DNA from: an uncultured virus (IMG/VR IMGVR_UViG_3300002097_000869)
Lineage: Duplodnaviria; Heunggongvirae; Uroviricota; Caudoviricetes
DNA length: 64,000 bases
Reading direction: 5' to 3' (one strand)
Virus record (IMG/VR): IMGVR_UViG_3300002097_000869
Span: 62,001-126,000 of that record
A program made the translations under genes and the position numbers. Positions within the stretch are counted from its first letter, which is position 1. The number at the start of each line of letters is the position of its first letter. A model generated the notes under the pieces. It was not told the DNA's origin. It worked only from the letters and a program-made list of their open reading frames with translations, and did not search any database. This document shows positions 18,734-27,168 of this stretch, in pieces.

Positions 18734-18997
18734 ATGGCAAAGAAACAAGAAAACGATTATTTGGGTGGGTTTTATTCTGACATGCTTTTAGATGAATTAA
18801 AAAACGAGATTATAAAGAATCTAAAGAGGATTGCCACACTAGAAGCAGAGAGGAAAGACTATATGGACAGCGCCAAAGATACTTTAAAGGATATGGACGA
18901 AAGAATTCGTGCCCTAATCCACTGGGTGGGTGTAAAAGAAACAGAGGCTGAACAAGCCCGGATGGCTGTTTTGGTATCTAAAGAGTTTTCAAAATAA
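18734..18997 (+). CDS. Hypothetical coiled-coil protein
   Basis: ORF with RBS AGGAG. Confidence 0.6.
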   Translation: MAKKQENDYLGGFYSDMLLDELKNEIIKNLKRIATLEAERKDYMDSAKDTLKDMDERIRALIHWVGVKETEAEQARMAVLVSKEFSK

Positions 18998-19012
18998 TTA
19001 GGAGGAATAAAT

Positions 19013-19171
19013 ATGCCTTTAGACAATTTGTACAAAGTAAACCAATCACTTATAGATCTTCAGAAATGTATGGAGAAACACAACGAAAGTTTGGTAAAAG
19101 AACTAAAGGACTTAAACTCTAATGTTAGGGAATTAGTTAAGGTCCTTGGAAAGAAGAAGGTTGAGAAGTAA
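19013..19171 (+). CDS. Small hypothetical protein (52 aa, below the ORF-track cutoff)
   Basis: AGGAGG RBS, ATG at 19013, MPLDNLYKVN..KKKVEK*. Confidence 0.65.
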   Translation: MPLDNLYKVNQSLIDLQKCMEKHNESLVKELKDLNSNVRELVKVLGKKKVEK

Positions 19172-19829
19172 AGACGCAATAAGGAAATGGGTAAAAAGAC
19201 ACACAAATAAATATGTGTGTTTTTGTGGTTGTGGTGAATTTATAGAGATAAAACCTATACATAAAAAACGTGGAATTCCCAAATTTATACAGGGGCATAA
19301 CATGAACGGAAAATTCAATCCCAAGTCGGGAGAAGAGTTTGAGTTTATTGTTAAGAGCCCTTCTTGGGAGGTTTTATCAGAGGAAGAAAGGCAGCGTAGG
19401 TTATCAAATTTACGGATGTTTGGAAAGGGAAAAGACCACCCACAGTGGAAGGGCGGAAGGATAAGAACTGAAGATGGCTACATCTTAGCCCACGCTCCAA
19501 ATCACCCATTTCATAATAACGGATATGTGTTTGAGCACCGGCTTGTCATGGAAAAATTCTTAGTAGAAAATTTTCCAGATAGTGATTTTTTAGTAGGGGT
19601 AAATGGAAAGAGGTATTTAAATCCTGTTGTTGTTGTTCATCATAAAATACACGAGCAAAAAGACAACAATGATGTAGAGAACCTTTTTCCTTTTCCTTGT
19701 GCCGATGCTCATATTTTTTGGCATAATAGCCCATTATCTGACGATGAAAAAATAAAATTAATAAAATTAGGTATTTACAAAACAAACCAGGAGGAGGGAA
19801 CAACCCCCAATGGTGAAAAGAAAACATAA
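19146..19829 (+). CDS. HNH homing endonuclease
   Basis: CFCGCG, HPQWKGG..DGY, YVFEHRLVME, VHH..KDNNDVENL; start uncertain. Confidence 0.8.
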   Translation: MERRRLRSKDAIRKWVKRHTNKYVCFCGCGEFIEIKPIHKKRGIPKFIQGHNMNGKFNPKSGEEFEFIVKSPSWEVLSEEERQRRLSNLRMFGKGKDHPQWKGGRIRTEDGYILAHAPNHPFHNNGYVFEHRLVMEKFLVENFPDSDFLVGVNGKRYLNPVVVVHHKIHEQKDNNDVENLFPFPCADAHIFWHNSPLSDDEKIKLIKLGIYKTNQEEGTTPNGEKKT

Positions 19830-21156
19830 AATAGTTGTGCTAGATACTTCCGTCCTTCTTTATGACGCAAGAAGTATATATGGTTTTAGGGGAAGTGACA
19901 TAGTAATTCCATTGGTTGTTTTGAGTGAAATTGATAAGTATAAGAACGTAGATGACGAGGTAGGTAGAAATGCTAGGTTGTTTGCTCGTAGTATAAAGGG
20001 GTTCCTGTCTAATGGTGCGGATTTGCGCACGGGGGCAAAAAGACTCCCAACAGATGAATTATTAATAGTTAAAAATCTAGAGAACGTTTCATTAATAAAT
20101 CCGTTAGTAATAGATATAAATAAAAATGATGATGTAATATTAGCAGTTTGTTTAGAAGTGGATTTATTCTCTGATATTAAAGTAAAGTTAGTAACTAGAG
20201 ATACAAATATGCACATAAAAGCAAGTTATTTAGGTATAGCTTGTGAAGATTATGTGGATAATACTGGGTATGTTGAAAAGGAAGACTTGTATTCCGGTAT
20301 AAAGAATTACTCTGTTCCAACTGATTACATAGAGCAGCTATATTTAGATAGTAAAATAGATCTTTGTATTGGTGGGATAGAAGAATTCATAAAGGTTTCT
20401 GATTTTGATGGTCTAGAAAATGTGGGTGTTGTCTTAAATAGTTTGGATCAGAGCAATCAGTCTGCCCTCGCTGTGTATAAGTCTGGTGTTCTGCACAAAT
20501 TAAAGTATACCGGCAAGGCTGTTAGCAGGGTAACCCCCAAGTGTGCAGAGCAACATTTGGCAATGGAGTTTTTGTTGGATAGAAGCATTGATCTAGTGAC
20601 ACTTACTGGGGGGGCCGGGGTTGGTAAGACTTTGTTGGCCCTAGCTTGTGGGCTGAAGATGATAGAGCAGAATATGTATAGAAAATTTGTTGTTAGTAGA
20701 CCTATACAGCCTTTGGGAAGGGATTTGGGTTTCTTACCGGGTGACACTATGGATAAATTACAGCCTTGGTTAGCTCCAATAAGGGATAGTGTTGAATTTA
20801 TTTATGGTGGTTCCGAGAAGCAGCAGTTTGAGGATCTAGTTGCTTTTGGTACATTAGAGATAGAGCCTCTTACTTATATTAGGGGGCGTTCTATGCCAAA
20901 TACCTTGTTTCTAGTTGATGAAGGTCAGCAATTGACCAAGCATGAAATGAAGACCATAATCAGTCGTATGGGAAAGGGAAGTAAAATTATTTTAACAGGG
21001 GATATTTTCCAGATAGATAATCCATATTTGGATACATGTACCAATGGTTTAACTAGGGTCGTAGAGTTATTCAAACCTTATTCTTTATCTGCTCATGTAT
21101 CTTTAACGAAAGGTCAAAGGAGTGATTTGGCAACTTTGGCGGCAAATATTCTTTAA
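19810..21156 (+). CDS. phoH: PIN-domain plus PhoH ATPase (PhoH2 type)
   Basis: VLDTSVL, NDD.IL, LVTRD (PIN); GGAGVGKT, LGFLPG, YIRGRS, DEGQ, GDIFQID. Confidence 0.92.
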   Translation: MVKRKHKIVVLDTSVLLYDARSIYGFRGSDIVIPLVVLSEIDKYKNVDDEVGRNARLFARSIKGFLSNGADLRTGAKRLPTDELLIVKNLENVSLINPLVIDINKNDDVILAVCLEVDLFSDIKVKLVTRDTNMHIKASYLGIACEDYVDNTGYVEKEDLYSGIKNYSVPTDYIEQLYLDSKIDLCIGGIEEFIKVSDFDGLENVGVVLNSLDQSNQSALAVYKSGVLHKLKYTGKAVSRVTPKCAEQHLAMEFLLDRSIDLVTLTGGAGVGKTLLALACGLKMIEQNMYRKFVVSRPIQPLGRDLGFLPGDTMDKLQPWLAPIRDSVEFIYGGSEKQQFEDLVAFGTLEIEPLTYIRGRSMPNTLFLVDEGQQLTKHEMKTIISRMGKGSKIILTGDIFQIDNPYLDTCTNGLTRVVELFKPYSLSAHVSLTKGQRSDLATLAANIL

Positions 21157-21162
21157 TTTTCC

Positions 21163-21191
21163 TTAACATTAATTTAGATTTAACCTATAAT
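21163..21191 (+). promoter_or_regulatory. sigma70-like promoter
   Basis: TTAACA-17 nt-TATAAT. Confidence 0.7.
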
Positions 21192-21333
21192 TATGTGTGG
21201 AGGTGAGGATAGTTACAGAAGGGTAACGAAACTACTGTGGGTTTTGATAAAATGGAAGATTACTCTAAGTGTGTTACTAAGGGTAGCTTGTTAACTTTAA
21301 GAGTGTACTACCTTAATAATTAGGAGGTATTTT

Positions 21334-21690
21334 ATGTTTAAATTTAAGAGTATCATTGGTTCTTTTTTGGCCTCGTTTTTAATTTTTTCCGCCTGTACTC
21401 CATCTACTACGCAAATTAACACGGCAAAAGATGCTATGAGCAAGATAAATATGAGTGTTGTTTTTGCTGAAGCTTATATTACGGTTGCTCAGGCTCAGTA
21501 TGCTACTAATCCAAAGGTTTTTGCTGCCTTAGAGGCAACTAAACTAGCACTTTCTACAGTTAAGTCTGTACTTACTTCTGTAGAGGCAGGGCTGAGTAAG
21601 GATTATGCTGCTCTGTATTCTGCTTCTGTGGTTTTGTTACAGAGAACTTTTGAGTTGGCACTTGCTATAAAAGAAGCTTCTTCTAAGTAA
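21334..21690 (+). CDS. Predicted lipoprotein
   Basis: MFKFK + hydrophobic stretch + FSAC lipobox; AGGAGG RBS. Confidence 0.7.
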   Translation: MFKFKSIIGSFLASFLIFSACTPSTTQINTAKDAMSKINMSVVFAEAYITVAQAQYATNPKVFAALEATKLALSTVKSVLTSVEAGLSKDYAALYSASVVLLQRTFELALAIKEASSK

Positions 21691-21738
21691 TATTTAGGGC
21701 CCATTTTTGGGCCACAAGACCTAAAAGGAGGTTGGCTA

Positions 21739-22776
21739 ATGAGAGATCTAGAACATGATGAAACCGAGACTCGCAAGGAAGATATAACAAATATATACAA
21801 AGAAATATTAGGAAGGGAACCGGATGTAAGTGGGTTAAACGCGTATATGCTTTCTACCTTGTCTGTAGCTCAAATAAAGGAAGCTATATCAAGGTCGGTA
21901 GAGGCACAGGAAAAGTTTCAGGCAAAAAACTTTGGTGAAATACTAAAGAAGTCGGGTAGTTCCGAACTATTAGTTGTAGGGTCTTCCCCTAAAGATAGTA
22001 AAAATGTAGAGGAATTGATATCTTTCGGAATAAAATATGCATTAGATTTAAACGACACAGAAGATTATGCGTTTGATAAATCATCTTTCGAGGGCTATCT
22101 TAGAGTACCAATTAGTAAGTATTCCCCCCTCACTAAGCTACAAATAGATAGTTGTTTTAAGTTTATATATGACTGTGTTTTAGTAAAGAATAAAAAATTA
22201 TTTGTGCATAGTAAGATGGGCTTTGAAAGGCCCCCAGTTATCATGGCTTTGTTCTTGGTGGCAGATAAGGATCTCTCTTTTAAAACTGCTATTTCCGTAT
22301 TGATGAGTAAGCATGAGGCGATTCGACCGAACAGGGACTTGATAACTGCTGAGGTTCTTGATTATGTATATTCCCTTCGTGGGAAGTTGAAGGAAAAGTA
22401 TGGCGGAAGTATAGCACAGGATAAGGGTATAGGGGAGGAGGTTCGACTATTAGGGAAGCAGCCTGTTTCTCCTATTAATATTCTTGGCAATTTGTACGTA
22501 TGTTGCAATCTAAATACTGATGTAGTGTCATATTTAAAAAACAATTCTATAGATACAATTATAGATTTAAATATGAAACCAATAAAGATGACTCAAGAAA
22601 CTTCTTGGTTCAAGAAATTGCACTTACCTGTGTTTTTGGACCAGGTTGATTATATATTGCCAACTGTATTAAAATCAGTGAATAAGTATATAAATAAAGG
22701 TAAAGTTATGCTTGTTTGTGAGGATGAGGGTGTCTTATCTCTGGTTGTTGAAAAAATATCTATTCACGTATCATAA
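21739..22776 (+). CDS. DUF4214-like N-terminus plus tandem dual-specificity-phosphatase-like domains (catalytically degenerate); possible frameshift near the 3' end
   Basis: YKEILGREPD..G; DLN; LFVHSKMGFERP in place of VHCxxGxxR; second DSP-like half NLYV..IDLN..VMLVC. Confidence 0.6.
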   Translation: MRDLEHDETETRKEDITNIYKEILGREPDVSGLNAYMLSTLSVAQIKEAISRSVEAQEKFQAKNFGEILKKSGSSELLVVGSSPKDSKNVEELISFGIKYALDLNDTEDYAFDKSSFEGYLRVPISKYSPLTKLQIDSCFKFIYDCVLVKNKKLFVHSKMGFERPPVIMALFLVADKDLSFKTAISVLMSKHEAIRPNRDLITAEVLDYVYSLRGKLKEKYGGSIAQDKGIGEEVRLLGKQPVSPINILGNLYVCCNLNTDVVSYLKNNSIDTIIDLNMKPIKMTQETSWFKKLHLPVFLDQVDYILPTVLKSVNKYINKGKVMLVCEDEGVLSLVVEKISIHVS

Positions 22777-22825
22777 AGAAGAGCAGGAGGTTTTTGATAT
22801 TGTTCTTTTTAAGCGGGTGTTTGTG

Positions 22826-22945
22826 TAAGTCCCTACACCGGCTACGGCCGGATAAAATCCCGTTCCCTGTAGGGGAAGAGGGGCGGGTTGACTATACACC
22901 GCCTGCACGTTTTTTGCAGGCACAAGGCTAGGGTATATATACCCA
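22826..22945. ncRNA. Candidate structured RNA or regulatory element, family not identified
   Basis: GC-rich island with CCGGC-TACG-GCCGG, CCCTACA/TGTAGGG, TTCCC/GGGAA, GCCTGCA/TGCAGGC and palindrome GGGTATATATACCC. Confidence 0.4.
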
Positions 22946-22961
22946 AGAAAGGAGTTTTTAA

Positions 22962-23315
22962 ATGCACATTTTAGTTTTGGATAATACACCAGACCTGCAG
23001 TTTAGGGAGGTTTTTGATCACTTATTGGGATCAAAACATGAAATAATTACTGTCAATACTGTAGAAACGGCAATAAGTAATATCCGTGCACGAGTATACG
23101 GAGCTATTTTTATTACGAATATTAAGGGTAGACATCTGTCTATTTATGAATTTATAGAGGCGTTAAAAACATCTAGTGTTAATAGACAGGCGAATGTGAT
23201 TGTACTAAATGATATGTCTTCGATTTCACAAAGAATTAAAGCCTCGTTTGGAGGGAGAGTAGTACATTTTATTGCTAAGGAATATTTAGAAGAGCTTCTT
23301 AAAGGAGTAACCTAA
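22962..23315 (+). CDS. Degenerate receiver (CheY-like) domain protein
   Basis: MHILVLDN..HEIITVNTVETAI..YGAIFITN; the phosphoacceptor Asp is not evident. Confidence 0.45.
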   Translation: MHILVLDNTPDLQFREVFDHLLGSKHEIITVNTVETAISNIRARVYGAIFITNIKGRHLSIYEFIEALKTSSVNRQANVIVLNDMSSISQRIKASFGGRVVHFIAKEYLEELLKGVT

Positions 23316-23887
23316 TGTGTTATGTTGCGATTGATACAGAGACCACGGGTTTAATGCCAAGCATGAATGAGGTTGTCGAAGTAGCCTTGATTGTTTGCAA
23401 CGATAGGTTAATCGAGACAGGTAGGGTATCGTTTAGGATGGATATAGAAAGGCCACAGAACGCAGAAGCTCGTGCACTTGAAATTTGTGGTTATGATAAA
23501 CATACGTGGAATCCTAAGTTTAAATCACATGCAGATGGTCTTAATTATCTTAATAAGTTTATAGATTTTGCTATTTCTGAGTTTTCTTCCGCTCCTATTT
23601 TAGTAGGGCAGAACGTTAAGTTTGATCTTGGTTTTATGAATGAAGAATATAAAAGGGCGGGTATAGTCAACCCCTTTTCTAAAATGAGTCTTCTAGATTT
23701 ACAAGAGGTGGCTCAGGTCTGGGCTGCCTACAAAGGTGTTCGTTTAAAATATAGGAGACTTTCTTATTTTTGTGAACTAGCTAATATTGTTAATGAAAGG
23801 GCCCATTCAGCAGAGGGTGATGTAGAAGCTACTTTAGCTTCAATGAGGGTCTTTTTGCTGGATTTGAAGGGGGTTGTAGGTGATTAG
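23315..23887 (+). CDS. DEDDh 3'-5' exonuclease (DnaQ-like)
   Basis: IDTETTG, VGQNVKFD, HSAEGD. Confidence 0.9.
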   Translation: MCYVAIDTETTGLMPSMNEVVEVALIVCNDRLIETGRVSFRMDIERPQNAEARALEICGYDKHTWNPKFKSHADGLNYLNKFIDFAISEFSSAPILVGQNVKFDLGFMNEEYKRAGIVNPFSKMSLLDLQEVAQVWAAYKGVRLKYRRLSYFCELANIVNERAHSAEGDVEATLASMRVFLLDLKGVVGD

Positions 23888-24173
23888 TTCTAAAGAAATA
23901 CATTTTAAGTTTAAGAGTGTACATATGGTGGTAACTGAAATGCTAGGAAAAGACGGTCTGGTTGAAGCTGTTTATCCGTCTGGTATTATTCCTAAAACAG
24001 AAGACGGGGAGTCTTTAAAATTGGCATTAAGTAGGCTTAATAACCTTTTAGCTACAGGGTTAAGAAGCAAGGAAACAATTACTCAATTGTTAAATAGGAC
24101 AAGTAGAATAAATAGTTATGTGTTGGGTGTTGTTGGAAACCTCATAAATAATGACCTATTACTCAACAAGTAG
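23880..24173 (+). CDS. Hypothetical protein
   Basis: Overlapping operon ORF. Confidence 0.5.
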   Translation: MISSKEIHFKFKSVHMVVTEMLGKDGLVEAVYPSGIIPKTEDGESLKLALSRLNNLLATGLRSKETITQLLNRTSRINSYVLGVVGNLINNDLLLNK

Positions 24174-24375
24174 TTTTAGGATTGGGGACTGTATTGGGTA
24201 TTGCAGACGAGGCGGGGCTAAAGGTTCCATAGTTTTGGTAGTTGTGTTTTCAGACTATGAAATTGATGAGTATTATGAATTGCCATTTTTAGCAACTACG
24301 GATATTCCTATAGGGTTCCCTGTGTGTTTTGGCGGAAACGGAACCATATACCATAAAAATTCTTCCGGCGGGTGA
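24151..24375 (+). CDS. Hypothetical protein
   Basis: Fills a gap in the operon. Confidence 0.4.
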   Translation: MTYYSTSSFRIGDCIGYCRRGGAKGSIVLVVVFSDYEIDEYYELPFLATTDIPIGFPVCFGGNGTIYHKNSSGG

Positions 24376-24382
24376 AAAAAAT

Positions 24383-25312
24383 ATGTTAAAATTACTAGAT
24401 ATACTAAAACTAATCCTGTCTAAAATATTGGTGCTTTTTAGTAAAAAAGATATAGTACAACCTAAACAACCAGAACAAGCGGAAAAAGAACCAAAAGTTG
24501 AACCAGAACCAGAAGTAATTATAGAAGAAAAAGAAAGGGAGCTTCTTTCCCCTATACTACATAAAAGATATATTAGTCTTTATTGTATTGCTGATATGGT
24601 TTCTGGAAGTGTAAAATTGTTGGACAAACAAGATAATATAGTTGCGCTACTAACCAGCTATTCGAAGTCTAGGTTAGACATGGAAGGTACTGGTCTACTC
24701 CCAGACGGGCGGGTTATAAATGTTGATGGTATGGCTTTGGGGGAAATGCGCTATAAGATAATGGATTCTACTCGGCCATATGGGGTAGGTATATATGGTA
24801 AGGCATTAGAACCTTGGGTATCTCTTGCTCATCAGCTAAGCCAACTACTACAGTATAGCTTGTTTGGTAGGACTGTGGTAATACCCTCTATGCGGGGGTA
24901 TGTTTTGCCAGACGGGAAGGTTCACACAGGAATTTTTAGGGTCGATGACACCGGGGGTGGCTTACATAAATGTCCGTATTCTAATGGTTTATGGCGCACG
25001 GGTAGCTCCAAGTCTGAATATGGGCAGTTTGACGTGTTCATTGGTGGACCAGAAAGCGTTTATAAGAAATTGTTAGGAAAGTGGGATAGTTATAAAGAAG
25101 TTTTTGTTATGCCTCGCGATTTAGACTCTCCTGATGGTATTCAAGAGTCCCTTAACTTACTTCTTGACGCTGGCTTGAAGGTGGACGGTATAATAGGGCT
25201 CGCTTCAATGGCAGCCATAAATAGAATAAAGGCGATATTAGATCTTCCTCAAGATGGTTTTTGGTCTGACGATGTGAAACAGTATGTTTCAGACTGTTTA
25301 AATAGCTGGTAG
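24383..25312 (+). CDS. Putative cell-wall hydrolase: 3D (MltA-like) domain plus peptidoglycan-binding domain
   Basis: MEGTG.L.DGR.IN, L.PW.S.A, VDDTGGG, FDVFIG; C-terminal LKVDGIIG..QDG; amphipathic N-terminus from ATG 24383. Confidence 0.7.
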   Translation: MLKLLDILKLILSKILVLFSKKDIVQPKQPEQAEKEPKVEPEPEVIIEEKERELLSPILHKRYISLYCIADMVSGSVKLLDKQDNIVALLTSYSKSRLDMEGTGLLPDGRVINVDGMALGEMRYKIMDSTRPYGVGIYGKALEPWVSLAHQLSQLLQYSLFGRTVVIPSMRGYVLPDGKVHTGIFRVDDTGGGLHKCPYSNGLWRTGSSKSEYGQFDVFIGGPESVYKKLLGKWDSYKEVFVMPRDLDSPDGIQESLNLLLDAGLKVDGIIGLASMAAINRIKAILDLPQDGFWSDDVKQYVSDCLNSW

Positions 25313-25338
25313 TGTTTATGTTTTTGACTAGTTGAGGT

Positions 25339-26601
25339 TTGGATATGTTAAAAAAGTTTTTCTATGAAAATGTTAAACAAGTTTTTAAGGATAGGGGTTA
25401 TACACTAATTAGCAAAGAGTATATAAATAGTCGTACAAAGTTGGGCTATGAATGCCCGAAAGGCCATTTAGGATCTATGACTTATAGTCATTTTCAACAG
25501 GGAAGTAGTTGCCCTGTTTGTTCTATTGAGAATAGCAAGCTTTCCTATGAAGAAGTTAAGAGGGCCTTTGATGATAGGAGCTATACGTTACTTAGTAAAG
25601 AGTATACAAATAAAACTATTAAGTTAGACTATGAGTGCCCAAAAGGTCACTTGGGGTCTATGACTTATGGTAATTTTCAACAGGGAAATAGTTGCCCTGT
25701 TTGTTCTATTGAGAATAGCAAGCTTTCTTACGACGATGTTAAGAAAGTTTTTAGAGATAGGGGCTATATCTTACGCAGTAAGGAGTATGTAAATAGCCAA
25801 ACTAAATTAGACTATGAGTGCCCAAAAGGTCACTTGGGGTCTATGACTTATGGTAATTTTTATCAGAAACACGCCTGCCTTGTTTGTTTTATTGAGAATA
25901 GCAGGCTTTCCTATGAAGAAGTTAAGAGGGCCTTTGATGATAGAGGTTATACACTACTTAGTAAAGAGTATGTGAATGTCCAAACTAAGTTAGACTATAT
26001 ATGCCCAAAAGGTCACCTAGGATCGATGACCTATGGTAACTTTCATCAAGGAAAGGGCTGCCCTATTTGTAACATAGAGAATAGCAAGCTTTCCTATGAA
26101 GAAGTTAAGAGAGCCTTTGACGGTAGAGGTTATACCTTGCTTAGCAAGGAGTATGTAAATGCTGGCGCTAAGTTAGACTATAGGTGCCCTAAGGGTCATT
26201 TGGGGTCTATGATTTATAGTCATTTTCAACAGGGAAGTGACTGTCCTATTTGTTCAGATAGCTCTCCTGTTTCTAAAATTTCCCAAAAATGGCTAGCTTC
26301 CTTAGGGCTATCGTCGGAGATGGGAATTAGTAGGGAAGTTAGTTTGAAAATAGGGGATAACAGGTTTAAGGTAGATGGTTTTGATCTTTCAACAAATACA
26401 GTTTATGAGTTTCTTGGGGACTATTGGCATGGGAACCCTAGTGTATTTGATCCTAATGAAGTGAACAAAAATAATAAAAAGACTTTTGGCCGGCTTTACC
26501 AAGAAACCTTGGAAAGAATTCACCTCTTAGAAGAAGCAGAGTACAATGTGGTTTATATTTGGGAGAAAGATTTTTTAGAAGGAAAGGGGTGTTGTAGTTA
26601 A
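25339..26601 (+). CDS. Vsr/EDxHD-like endonuclease with 5 tandem 61-aa Cys/His repeats
   Basis: Five CPKGH units; same C-terminal domain as 11269-12153; the start may be ATG 25345. Confidence 0.8.
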   Translation: MDMLKKFFYENVKQVFKDRGYTLISKEYINSRTKLGYECPKGHLGSMTYSHFQQGSSCPVCSIENSKLSYEEVKRAFDDRSYTLLSKEYTNKTIKLDYECPKGHLGSMTYGNFQQGNSCPVCSIENSKLSYDDVKKVFRDRGYILRSKEYVNSQTKLDYECPKGHLGSMTYGNFYQKHACLVCFIENSRLSYEEVKRAFDDRGYTLLSKEYVNVQTKLDYICPKGHLGSMTYGNFHQGKGCPICNIENSKLSYEEVKRAFDGRGYTLLSKEYVNAGAKLDYRCPKGHLGSMIYSHFQQGSDCPICSDSSPVSKISQKWLASLGLSSEMGISREVSLKIGDNRFKVDGFDLSTNTVYEFLGDYWHGNPSVFDPNEVNKNNKKTFGRLYQETLERIHLLEEAEYNVVYIWEKDFLEGKGCCS

Positions 26602-26602
26602 A

Positions 26603-27037
26603 ATGGCCCGTGATATAAGAACGTATTTAGAAAATTATCTGGATAGCTATCCGGGTATGCTGGAGTGGTACACCAAAGTAGAAAGTGAGGCAGAGTTTGG
26701 CTATAGAGAAGTTTTAGTTGTGCAGCTTTTTAACGGTATAAGGGCTTTGGCAATATTGGAACACGATTCTCCCATTGGTAAGCTGTGCCATGTATCTGTA
26801 GTGCCTATGTATAGGAGGCTGGGTCTTGGGATGTGTTTAGTTAGTAAGGCATTCGATAGGTTAATTGCTCGTGGTTCTGAGGAGATTGTTTTAACCACTG
26901 ATTGGAGTACCTATTTAAATTATGGCCCATTTTTTCTAGGTTGTGGGTTTAACCCTGTTGGTGCTTTTATTCGTAAGGATATTTCGGGTGCTTTAGAGGT
27001 TATTTGGAAAATTAAGTTTAAAACTGCTATTAGATAA
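26603..27037 (+). CDS. GNAT acetyltransferase
   Basis: VSVVPMYRRLGLG, FFLGCGF. Confidence 0.8.
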   Translation: MARDIRTYLENYLDSYPGMLEWYTKVESEAEFGYREVLVVQLFNGIRALAILEHDSPIGKLCHVSVVPMYRRLGLGMCLVSKAFDRLIARGSEEIVLTTDWSTYLNYGPFFLGCGFNPVGAFIRKDISGALEVIWKIKFKTAIR

Positions 27038-27121
27038 GATAATCCTTCAGTGTTTGGGGGTTTTCCCAACCCTTCCTATAGTAAAATCCATACAAAAATA
27101 ATATATATTAAAAATTTTCTC

Positions 27122-27150
27122 TTTACAGAGTTAAGCTATTTTTCTATTTA
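27122..27150 (+). promoter_or_regulatory. sigma70-like promoter
   Basis: TTTACA-17 nt-TATTTA followed by TATAG, as at 32048. Confidence 0.6.
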
Positions 27151-27168
27151 TATAGGTGAACGGGGACG

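Noticed and set aside
21195..21246. Hammerhead ribozyme (hairpin followed by GAAAC)
   Set aside because: No CUGANGA core
22826..22921. Twister ribozyme or tRNA assignment
   Set aside because: CCGGATAAAA..GAGGGGCGG is reminiscent of twister, but the conserved loop and UAA cleavage site are missing; no cloverleaf or T-loop
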